A stretch of 64,000 nucleotides of DNA, taken from IMG/VR virus record IMGVR_UViG_3300031857_000002, positions 1 through 64,000 of that record; one strand, given 5' to 3'. The position numbers and the translations under genes are program-made. Under the pieces are notes generated by a model. The model worked only from the letters and a program-made list of their open reading frames with translations. It was not told the DNA's origin and ran no database searches. Positions within the stretch are counted from its first letter, which is position 1, and the number at the start of each line of letters is the position of its first letter. Shown one piece after another: positions 10,301 to 17,692 of this stretch.

Positions 10301-10666
10301 ACTAGCAGTTAGTTCTGACAAGTCAATGTTGGCACGTTGTACATAGCAACGATTTGTAATGCCCAGGGATGAATACGCAGCCAGTAAGCCGTATTCATTG
10401 AGCTCATAGCCGTTGATTGGTGTACCTGTTGTGGTCTGATAGAAGAATGGCACGCCAAATGTGGCAGCCAAGTCTCGTTGACTTGTGATTAGATACGTCT
10501 TATTGGCATTTGCTGCCAATGTTCCAGCGGCAACTGTTACGCCATCTGAACTTACTTTATTCTGTGCAGTAGCGATTAAAAAATACGGTACTGTGTTAAC
10601 AGCGGAAGGGATATATTGACTTTCGTCAATAACTGTTACTTCTACGCCTGGTGATACTAGAGCCAT
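7391..10666 (-). CDS. contractile tail sheath protein (gp18-like), enlarged
   Basis: Starts MALVSPGVEVTVIDES; C-terminal PWLAPAGTRRG, INPI, GNKT, LDRINVSRL, LFEPND, CDLSNNTP..ID, EFIYIP; AAGGA RBS. Confidence 0.95.
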   Translation of the reverse strand: MALVSPGVEVTVIDESQYIPSAVNTVPYFLIATAQNKVSSDGVTVAAGTLAANANKTYLITSQRDLAATFGVPFFYQTTTGTPINGYELNEYGLLAAYSSLGITNRCYVQRANIDLSELTASLVRPTGTPNDGDYWLDTSTSLWGIQEWNQTTNTFTVKTPIVITDTADVVDFENDNYTPVASIGSIGDYAISAVATSNPGYYKNSSNAWVLVGSDAWKVSWPTITGTGSPTSLTVGNIIVINGVTVTVSATNTLAQLSIDINAAAIPGVTASVVSSKLQLTANSLTTPDVSSLVGGAIDINITSSAALLTALGIPAGVYYAPTYLPSYSYQAPRWAVGQPVTTTNWPSPTGSVWNNMSPANSGVALRIKKYSSALGTFVSQTTTTYANLRLANYTLDPTGGGKNIPVGTTIAIWDAIGAASVEPLMALEILERSTLGATIITGSTATPGPFVNGTQFEISGTQTSGISQSATVTISGTNTAAFITAVSSANIPNVSASVNSSGAIVLTHSNGGNMSLKNITGTPVTLAGFTVDTPGCLPSFTAVDTLTLSNWVTAPEFTYTASTTEPDQDPVDGRLWYYSTVSDADILIQNSGAWVGYRNDTNDVRGFDLSDTDPAGPLIAATAPIEQSDGTQLEYGDLWIDTSDLENYPKLYRWELVSGVAQWVEVDTTDQVTQNGILFADARWAGNGTTDPVMDPFPTIESLLTSNYLDLDAPNPDLYPEGMLLFNTRRSGYNVKSFQSDYFNAESYPDDTLPTVKSTWLTASGNRDDGAMWSGRQAQRQLIIQAMKAGIDTSEAAREEQNQFSLIAATAYPELIPNMVALSNERNNTLFVVGDTPMRLPATGTDLAAWATNNGGLGFRTEDGLVTASQYLGTFYPSCQTTDLSGNTVVTAPSHMMMRTIIRSDAVSYPWLAPAGTRRGVVDNAIAIGYIDAATGEFQQLNMGQGLRDVLYENDINPITFIPGVGIVNFGNKTTTSITSALDRINVSRLVAFLRGRLEEIGKLYLFEPNDDITRAEITNTVNSLMIDLVAKRGIYDYLVVCDLSNNTPARIDRNELWLDIAIEPVKAVEFIYIPLRIKNTGEISGQAS

Positions 10667-10690
10667 GGTCAATTCCTTTTCAAGATACAA

Positions 10691-10698
10691 TATTTATA
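10691..10698 (-). promoter_or_regulatory. T4-type late promoter (TATAAATA) for sheath
   Basis: Exact T4 gp55 consensus 24 nt upstream of the ATG. Confidence 0.85.
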
Positions 10699-10761
10699 GG
10701 TATATTCAAAAAAGGCGGTGTTACAGTGCCCTTTGGCAAAGGTCCTGCCGCTAAATACCGT

Positions 10762-11106
10762 ATGAGACCCATTTGCCCAGCTTGTAATCAACGTCCTTGT
10801 GCTGTAAACTACATCAAAGATGGAGTCAAGCATTATCGCACTAGATGTGACAACTGCCTTCGTAAAGGACGTGGGATTAAAAAGAGAATACCCCGCTGGG
10901 AGGCAGCAGGGTACAAGAAGAAAATGATCTGCGACAAGTGCGGGTTTAAAGCCCGCTACTCTGCTCAAACTCTAGTGTATCATATGGACGGAGATCTCAA
11001 CAATACTGCTCTGAAGAATCTCAAAACTGTGTGTCGGAACTGCGAAGTTGATTTAGCCAAGTCTGATTCTGTATGGCGTCCTGGTGACTTGCAACCAGAC
11101 TTGTAA
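10762..11106 (+). CDS. Zn-finger/HNH-like protein
   Basis: CxxC pairs (CPAC, CDNC, CDKC) and H.DG...N....NL..VCRNC HNH-like motif; TAAATA 4 nt upstream of ATG 10762. Confidence 0.7.
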   Translation: MRPICPACNQRPCAVNYIKDGVKHYRTRCDNCLRKGRGIKKRIPRWEAAGYKKKMICDKCGFKARYSAQTLVYHMDGDLNNTALKNLKTVCRNCEVDLAKSDSVWRPGDLQPDL

Positions 11107-11590
11107 CTAGTTCACGGGTGTTGCGTTTGAGATCTTCAAGTGTTCCGTTGTTGTCAATCACGTAGTCAGCCATCCAAATTTCCAGGCTCATGCTAGATCG
11201 ATCTTCCTGGGGCAAATGATCACTGCGATCTACCCAAACAGCATAATCGAACACACCTGTATTACGCATGGCATGAAATTCACCTTTATTGCGCAGGCCG
11301 CAGTAGATTGAATTTTCAGCAAAGATTTCTCTACCTAGTCTAGCATAATCGTCTTTACAGTAAGCATGAATCATGTCGTACCACTCAGCACGATGATTGT
11401 GTCGATCCTCAAAACATTGTGCATAAGAGGTGTATCCATATTTGACTTTGAGCTCGTCATAGATAAACTTTTCAGCGCAAAAGTCTGAACTAGAACGAAA
11501 ACTATATCCAAATTCTTCACGCAGGATATCACATACTGTGTCTTTGCCGTGACGAGCATTACCAATAATCAGCAGTTTAGGAAGGGTCAT
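11021..11590 (-). CDS. deoxynucleoside monophosphate kinase (gp1-like)
   Basis: P-loop IIGNARHGKDT; R...E; C-terminal D..IDNNGTLEDL. Confidence 0.75.
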   Translation of the reverse strand: MTLPKLLIIGNARHGKDTVCDILREEFGYSFRSSSDFCAEKFIYDELKVKYGYTSYAQCFEDRHNHRAEWYDMIHAYCKDDYARLGREIFAENSIYCGLRNKGEFHAMRNTGVFDYAVWVDRSDHLPQEDRSSMSLEIWMADYVIDNNGTLEDLKRNTRELVTSLVASHQDAIQNQTWLNQLRSSDTQF

Positions 11591-12111
11591 TTTAAGGAGG
11601 TTACGTTGAGATGATCAAGTGTACGCTGTAGCATGCCAATTTGTCTGCGGCAGTCTTCTAGCGCATGATGACTAGTAGGAGGGATAGGCTGATCAGGCCA
11701 TAACGAGAATACAGTACGGCTATCACGCACCATGTAGTACTTCCAAGGCAATGGCTTGCCGTAGCTCTTGTAAGCATGTTCCAGAATGTTCATATCGTAA
11801 GTGGGACCTTGTGCCCATATTCTATTAGAGTGCCAAATCAACCGTCCTAGTCCATCTAATGCCTGATCTAGTGGGATACGGTCTTGTTCGTTGAACGCTT
11901 CGTCCCGAACCACAGCAGGTTGTGTAGCCCACCAATCAATTGTGCCTTGATCAATAGCACGGTCTTCTTGGCTTTCTAATGTGACTCTAGCATAGTAACT
12001 CTGGCCAGAATGTCCTTGCCCAAACGGGTCAAAGCTCTGGGCCGCAATAGTTAGTATTGTAGTATCTGGGCCTGTTGCAAGCCCTTCTAAGTCGATCATT
12101 AAATCTGCCAT
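11587..12111 (-). CDS. 3'-5' exonuclease, DEDDh (DexA/RNase AS-like)
   Basis: MIDLE, WAQGPTYD..IL, RDSRT, HHALED motifs. Confidence 0.85.
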   Translation of the reverse strand: MADLMIDLEGLATGPDTTILTIAAQSFDPFGQGHSGQSYYARVTLESQEDRAIDQGTIDWWATQPAVVRDEAFNEQDRIPLDQALDGLGRLIWHSNRIWAQGPTYDMNILEHAYKSYGKPLPWKYYMVRDSRTVFSLWPDQPIPPTSHHALEDCRRQIGMLQRTLDHLNVTSLK

Positions 12112-12117
12112 ACAACA

Positions 12118-12146
12118 AGTATAACAGAATTTCTGATATGCGTCTA
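12118..12146 (-). promoter_or_regulatory. sigma70-type early/middle promoter for the exonuclease/kinase genes
   Basis: TAGACG-17 nt-TATACT with extended TG; -10 lies 6 nt before the ATG. Confidence 0.55.
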
Positions 12147-12153
12147 CTGTATG

Positions 12154-12924
12154 TTAGCCGATTACCCAAGTAAGTGGTTGGCTGGCATCCACATAGTTCT
12201 TAAGCTGGTCTTCCAGGGCAATGATAGCTTCTTTGGCTTCGGCTTTCATTGCGGCACCGTTTAGGGTACCGCCGCCTTGTGGGCCTGCAATTGATCCAAA
12301 CTTTTCACGTGCTTCGCCAATGATCATTTTACAGTTGGCAACCATGTAATCCTTGACCCATTGACTAATTTGGAAGTCTTGTAGTAGGTTGATTTCGGGT
12401 TTGAGATTGTATGTCCAAAGCAACACATTCTCGCCAGTGCCTTTTGGGTCACGGATCAGCTGGATTTTCTTTGTGACAGAGTTGTAGGTGTAGTTCATGT
12501 AGCCACCAAACATACGTGCGGCTAGTTCTACATACTGTGAGTAGAAGTCGTATGTGGCAAGACCACCTGCTACGTTAAAATTCATTAGATACACGTTCAA
12601 ACTAGCCTGCGCAAACGGATCAAAGTTTGATGCAAACGGACCTGTAGCATCACCAAACGTTCTACGGAATACCTGTCGTACACTTACTACCTCTTGTGGC
12701 AACTGATAGATATTGACATCTTTGACCAGTTCCATAAAGCTGTAGCTTTCCTCGTAGGCATTGCTGGCCCGTTGGCGGTAAGTGCCTAGTGTTTTTTGAT
12801 AGGCGGCTTCGTAGTGAGCAGGATCCAGCTCAATGTCAATGATCTGATCACCAAGTTGAAGCTTTACATATTCTACTAAGTTTTGCTTGAGTGTCTCAAG
12901 CGAGTTTTGTTGCTGTTCTGCCAT
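12154..12924 (-). CDS. neck protein (gp13-like head-tail adaptor)
   Basis: LG...IDIELD, W.KDY..A..K.I.GEAREKF..I.GP.GG.TLNG; late promoter at 12944-12949. Confidence 0.85.
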   Translation of the reverse strand: MAEQQQNSLETLKQNLVEYVKLQLGDQIIDIELDPAHYEAAYQKTLGTYRQRASNAYEESYSFMELVKDVNIYQLPQEVVSVRQVFRRTFGDATGPFASNFDPFAQASLNVYLMNFNVAGGLATYDFYSQYVELAARMFGGYMNYTYNSVTKKIQLIRDPKGTGENVLLWTYNLKPEINLLQDFQISQWVKDYMVANCKMIIGEAREKFGSIAGPQGGGTLNGAAMKAEAKEAIIALEDQLKNYVDASQPLTWVIG

Positions 12925-12946
12925 TGGGGGACTCCGTCCCCTTTAT

Positions 12947-14104
12947 TTACCAACTTTTAAGGATGATCAAGTTCTCTGTACCACGTCCGTTAAACGGTGT
13001 TTCTGTAGTGGTCAAGTCCTTGTAGATCTTTCTTGCGGCTGGCTTGCCTGCGGCACTCATGGCTCGGAGCACGTCTGCTGGCTTACGCAGAGTTTTTTGC
13101 TGGCTTTCTAGTGTGCTAAATCCAATGATAGCGTTGCTCTTTACAGTAAATGCCTGTGCATGGCTGTCAGCAACAATATGGATTAGCTTGCGTTTTTTAG
13201 TGTCATACAACCAGGCTTCTGCCTTGTCCACTAAACTTGCGGCTGGTAAGCCTTTGAGCTTGAGCTCTGCAAATTCCGTAATACACTTGAACTTTGCGGC
13301 ACGTTTCTCTGGGCTCACTGCCTTAACTGCACGTGGCTTGCGCTCGACCTTTTTAATCTGTACATAGGCGCCACAGTCTGAGATCACAAGCTCACAGAAC
13401 TTTACGCAATTCTTTAACTGTATTTTGGTAAGATAGTTATAGCCCTGTGTCAAGTCTGCATCTTTGCCTGCTACTGCCTCGTCAAATTCCGCAAGTTTAC
13501 GGGTCCAGATTTGCTTGATGTCATTCACCATTTGTGGGGCAATGTTTAGGCTACGCATGAGCACCACGGGCTTGTAGTCTGCGTTGAGTTTGGCTCCTGA
13601 CGCAATGAAGTCGTCAAACAAGCCATCTAACTCACCTGCGCATTCCGATACCTTCTCACGCAGGCGATCTTGGATGGTAATTCGTGGCACTGAATCATCA
13701 ACGGGTACTTCTGCTACCTCTTCATCTTGCTTGGATTCTAGTATCTCTTTAAGCAAGTTATCCAATTTAATCTGTTCATGCTCGGTAAGTTCTAGTCCCA
13801 CCATGCTCATGCGGCACAACCAACCTGTTGTGAGTCGAATTGAGCTGTCCGGAATACGTTTGAGTGTGCGCACGTCGTCCTTACGATCGTGTGCTTCCAG
13901 GTAGTTTACAATCATCTCACGGGCATCTTTTTTACCATAAAAGTAGTTGTACCACGAGAACGCATGACTAAAGGCACTGACGCGGCCTTCTGTGGGTTGC
14001 ACTCGCCATGTAGGCTCCATGCCCATGGCATTGGTATCCGCACTACGTGGATTTAGGGGTTTGACAGGTTTTGTTGCGACTTTCATACGTTCTCCAAAAA
14101 GCAA
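12947..14104 (-). CDS. conserved hypothetical early/middle protein
   Basis: ~380-aa ORF (start possibly at 14086) ending KTLRKP...NGRGTENLIIL; driven by a consensus sigma70 promoter. Confidence 0.7.
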   Translation of the reverse strand: MLFGERMKVATKPVKPLNPRSADTNAMGMEPTWRVQPTEGRVSAFSHAFSWYNYFYGKKDAREMIVNYLEAHDRKDDVRTLKRIPDSSIRLTTGWLCRMSMVGLELTEHEQIKLDNLLKEILESKQDEEVAEVPVDDSVPRITIQDRLREKVSECAGELDGLFDDFIASGAKLNADYKPVVLMRSLNIAPQMVNDIKQIWTRKLAEFDEAVAGKDADLTQGYNYLTKIQLKNCVKFCELVISDCGAYVQIKKVERKPRAVKAVSPEKRAAKFKCITEFAELKLKGLPAASLVDKAEAWLYDTKKRKLIHIVADSHAQAFTVKSNAIIGFSTLESQQKTLRKPADVLRAMSAAGKPAARKIYKDLTTTETPFNGRGTENLIILKSW

Positions 14105-14112
14105 TAACTGTA

Positions 14113-14141
14113 ATTATAGCAGAGATTGATTTAGGTGTCAA
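14113..14141 (-). promoter_or_regulatory. perfect sigma70 promoter
   Basis: TTGACA-17 nt-TATAAT with extended TG; overlapped by a 10-bp inverted repeat (14120-14147). Confidence 0.85.
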
Positions 14142-14162
14142 TCTCTGTTATATGTGTTGTTT

Positions 14163-14420
14163 TTAGAACACAGTGCCGCGAAACTGCTCGTAATCGTAGA
14201 ATGCTACTAAAGTACTATCTCGAAAGTAAACTGTAATGCCGCCCAAATCCTCGCGAGCGTCCCAGGCGGTTTGTTCCAAAATAACATTAGTAGCACGTAC
14301 CTCAAGCTCGTCCATTAGGTCCTCGCCTGTGTCCCGGTAGCTTTGCAGGGCTTCTGCCTCATAATCTAAAGTGTATACTTCAGTATTATTAATTTGTGCG
14401 CTTTGTGCATCTGTAAGCAT
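14163..14420 (-). CDS. small acidic hypothetical early protein
   Basis: 85 aa; AAGGAG RBS; own sigma70 promoter. Confidence 0.75.
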   Translation of the reverse strand: MLTDAQSAQINNTEVYTLDYEAEALQSYRDTGEDLMDELEVRATNVILEQTAWDAREDLGGITVYFRDSTLVAFYDYEQFRGTVF

Positions 14421-14448
14421 AGTGGCTCCTTTGTGTTGTCAAGCCCTA

Positions 14449-14477
14449 ATTATAGCAGTTCGGGAATATTCAGTCAA
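14449..14477 (-). promoter_or_regulatory. sigma70 promoter
   Basis: TTGACT-17 nt-TATAAT with extended TG. Confidence 0.8.
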
Positions 14478-14486
14478 CCAGAATGC

Positions 14487-14494
14487 TATAAATA
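14487..14494 (+). promoter_or_regulatory. T4-type late promoter TATAAATA
   Basis: Exact consensus 5 nt upstream of ATG 14500. Confidence 0.85.
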
Positions 14495-14499
14495 ACACT

Positions 14500-15873
14500 A
14501 TGCCACGCCTAAGCCTATACCGCCCCAATCGAACTCGCGACTACCAATTTTTGGATCGTACCATCCGAGAAATGTACACTGTCGGAGGGGTAGATATCTA
14601 TGTTCACAAATACATGGGACCAGAAACAGGTGGCGAGGATTCAGCATTTTCAGGCAATGCCGATGCTACACAGCCCATTTACGACGAGCTAAGTCCGCTA
14701 AACATTCAAGACTTGCTGTTGCTGGAGAACCGTGACAGAATTTACGACCAGGACATCTATGTCATGCGCGGTGTTTACAATGCTCAAGACGTGGATTTTG
14801 ACTTGAGCCAGTTTGGCTTGTTTTTGAACAACGATACGCTGTTCATCACGTTTCACTACAACAACATGATTGACGTTTTTCAACGCAAACTCATGGTAGG
14901 TGATGTGTTGGAACTGCCCAACTTAAAAGACTACTATCCCTTGAACTCAAACATTCCTGAGGCACTGCCCAAATACTATGTGATTCAGGATGCTGCCTTT
15001 GCCTCAGAAGGTTTTAGCCAAACTTGGTTGCCACACTTGTGGCGTGTGAAAGCCACACCGTTGACCAATGCTCAAGAATACAAAGATATTCTTAAAAAGC
15101 CCATGGTCAAATCTACCATCTGGGACAATGACAACTTCTATCCTGCTGGCGACATTGTGAACCAAGGTGATGTGTATTATCAAGCTAGAGTAAATGTTCC
15201 TGCAGGCACAGACATAACCAACACCACTTATTGGCGGGTGTACACTCCAGGCACAGAGAGCGAGTTAATGAGTACTCGTACCAAAGATCAACAGATCAAC
15301 GATGCTATTCTTACGCAAGCTGATGTGGAAGTTCCCAAGTCTGGATATGATGCAACCAAGATGTACGTGGTGCCAACTACACTAGATGGCCAACCTGCTA
15401 ATCCTGTGGGCTTGACCACAGACGGTGCCACAACTGTAGACGGCACCGAAGGCGGTATGAACCTAACTCCAGATAGCGATGGCTATACAGTGGGCTATTT
15501 GACCGGAGATGGTATTCCACCTAATGGATTCCCAACTTCGGCTGGTGTTGCGTTCCCGGACAATCCATCAGTGGGCGACTATGCACTGCGTTTGGATTAT
15601 TTCCCTAATCGCTTGTTCCGGTATTCCGGCACACGTTGGACACGCATTGAAGATAATGTTCGTACTGATCTCAACAATGGCAGCAACAACAATACTTTAC
15701 GCTCAGGCTTTGTGAACAATACATACACAGTGAAAACAACAGACATGGGTAATATTCCAAGTCGTCAGAGCTTGAGTGAAATTCTCAAGCCCAGAGCAGA
15801 CAATGGTGATGACAACGGCAACAAGCCGCCAAATCCATTCCCAGACACCAGACCTGGACAAAGATCGAGTTAA
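14500..15873 (+). CDS. neck/head-closure protein (gp14-like), extended
   Basis: MPRLSLY start; LSQFGLFL..D.LFITFH, GDVLELP; lies between gp13 and gp15. Confidence 0.7.
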   Translation: MPRLSLYRPNRTRDYQFLDRTIREMYTVGGVDIYVHKYMGPETGGEDSAFSGNADATQPIYDELSPLNIQDLLLLENRDRIYDQDIYVMRGVYNAQDVDFDLSQFGLFLNNDTLFITFHYNNMIDVFQRKLMVGDVLELPNLKDYYPLNSNIPEALPKYYVIQDAAFASEGFSQTWLPHLWRVKATPLTNAQEYKDILKKPMVKSTIWDNDNFYPAGDIVNQGDVYYQARVNVPAGTDITNTTYWRVYTPGTESELMSTRTKDQQINDAILTQADVEVPKSGYDATKMYVVPTTLDGQPANPVGLTTDGATTVDGTEGGMNLTPDSDGYTVGYLTGDGIPPNGFPTSAGVAFPDNPSVGDYALRLDYFPNRLFRYSGTRWTRIEDNVRTDLNNGSNNNTLRSGFVNNTYTVKTTDMGNIPSRQSLSEILKPRADNGDDNGNKPPNPFPDTRPGQRSS

Positions 15874-15876
15874 ACA

Positions 15877-17274
15877 ATGCAACAATTTTTTTACGACGAA
15901 CAAATACGTCGCTTTCTATTACAGTTTACCAGGATATTTTCTGGCTTCCAAGTTGAGTACGGACGTCAAGAAAACTCTGATGCGGCTGCATTGCTGAGAG
16001 TCCCTGTGCGCTATGGTGATGCCAGTCGTAATGCACAAACAATCATACAAGAAAACTCAGCAAACTTTTTGCCTGCTACACCCATGATGACCTTTTATAT
16101 TTCTGGCCTGGATTACGATCGTCCCAGAATGCAAGAGCCGTATCATGTGAGCAAACGCACTATTCGTCAACGCACATACGACCCAGACACAGAAACTTAT
16201 GAAACCACACAGGGCAATGCATTCACTGTTGAACGCTTAATGCCTGTACCTTACAAGTTGACCATTACTCTGGACATTTGGACCTCAAACACCAATCAAA
16301 AGTTTCAGATCCTGGAGCAGATTCTCACACTGTTTAATCCTGCACTAGAAGTACAAAGCACAGACAACTTCTTGGATTGGACATCACTCAGTGTGGTTGA
16401 GCTTGAATCCACGCAATGGACCAGTCGTACTATACCTATCAGCACAGAAAATCCCATTGACATTTGCACGTTGAGATTTAACTTGCCTATCTGGATCAGC
16501 TCACCTGCCAAGGTCAAGAAACTGGGCATTATTGAGCGTGTGATTGCCAGCATGTACGATGCCCAAGGCGACTTTGTGGATGCTATTATCAACAATGACT
16601 TGTTGTTGGGCACAAGACAAAAAATCACACCATACAATTATGCTGTGGTTGTGATTGGCAATCAAATTCAGTGTTTACAACAACAATTGATAGTGCAAGA
16701 GCCCACCAACGACGAACTGGCTGCTACCACTGTTGTGAGCGACAGTACGCTGTTGTGGCCAGCTGTGATTGGCATGTATGGTGTTTTGCGTCCAGGCATT
16801 AGTCAAATTAGGTTGGATCAAGATGATGGTAGCCAGGTGATTGGTACCATTGCGGTAAACCCCAATGATGAAAGATTCTTGATATTCAACATTGACGCCG
16901 ACACTGCACCTCAGAATAGTTTGCCAGCTATCAACGCAGTGATAAATCCATTAGCAAGTGGCCCTGGTCAAGGACTGCCGGCCGCAGCCGCAGGACAACG
17001 ATATTTGTTGACCGAAGCTACTGGCGCTGAAGACAACTCAGCGCCTGCCACAGCCTGGGTTGGTGCCAGTGGAAGACCACTAGTGGCCAGCGCAAACGAC
17101 ATCATTCAATATGATGGTGCAAGATGGGACGTGGCGTTTATTGCTGACACCCAAACTGAAATACAGTTTGTTACAAATTTAACAACTTCAATACAATACA
17201 AATGGACGGGCGCAGAATGGATAAAAAGCTATCAAGGAGTGTACCCCGGAGGGGACTGGAGTCTGGTCCTGTAA
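15877..17274 (+). CDS. tail terminator / sheath stabilizer (gp15-like) with C-terminal extension
   Basis: FFYDEQIRR.L.QF..IFS, VPVRYG, MPVPY.L...L.IW, Q..QILEQIL..FNP. Confidence 0.85.
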   Translation: MQQFFYDEQIRRFLLQFTRIFSGFQVEYGRQENSDAAALLRVPVRYGDASRNAQTIIQENSANFLPATPMMTFYISGLDYDRPRMQEPYHVSKRTIRQRTYDPDTETYETTQGNAFTVERLMPVPYKLTITLDIWTSNTNQKFQILEQILTLFNPALEVQSTDNFLDWTSLSVVELESTQWTSRTIPISTENPIDICTLRFNLPIWISSPAKVKKLGIIERVIASMYDAQGDFVDAIINNDLLLGTRQKITPYNYAVVVIGNQIQCLQQQLIVQEPTNDELAATTVVSDSTLLWPAVIGMYGVLRPGISQIRLDQDDGSQVIGTIAVNPNDERFLIFNIDADTAPQNSLPAINAVINPLASGPGQGLPAAAAGQRYLLTEATGAEDNSAPATAWVGASGRPLVASANDIIQYDGARWDVAFIADTQTEIQFVTNLTTSIQYKWTGAEWIKSYQGVYPGGDWSLVL

Positions 17275-17690
17275 ATGCCGTAGGTGTTTGGTTTCGTAGC
17301 AATCAAACTGCTAGATATTTGTACTTACTACGTAACGATTCCAAACATCCCGGTGCCTGGGGTTTACCAGGCGGCAAAGTAGAATCTGGCGAAACCTTGC
17401 TGGGTGGCATGGAACGAGAATGTATTGAAGAGCTTGGCAGTTTTCCCACATACCAAAAACTAATTCCCATAGAAAAATTCACATCAGCAGATGGCGACTT
17501 TGTGTATCACACGTTTGTTTGTGTTGTGGAGTCAGAGTTTGTGCCTGTGCTAAATGACGAACACCTGGGCTATGCCTGGATAGATTCGGGCACATGGCCA
17601 AGACCCATGCACCCTGGCTTGTGGTCAACTGTGAATATGGAAGCTGTACAAGACAAGATCCTGCGTGTGGAGCAGGACCTTGCTCGTTGA
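17202..17690 (+). CDS. NUDIX hydrolase
   Basis: Nudix box GGKVESGETLLGGMERECIEELG; true start uncertain (overlaps the gp15 3' end). Confidence 0.9.
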   Translation: MDGRRMDKKLSRSVPRRGLESGPVNAVGVWFRSNQTARYLYLLRNDSKHPGAWGLPGGKVESGETLLGGMERECIEELGSFPTYQKLIPIEKFTSADGDFVYHTFVCVVESEFVPVLNDEHLGYAWIDSGTWPRPMHPGLWSTVNMEAVQDKILRVEQDLAR

Positions 17691-17692
17691 TG

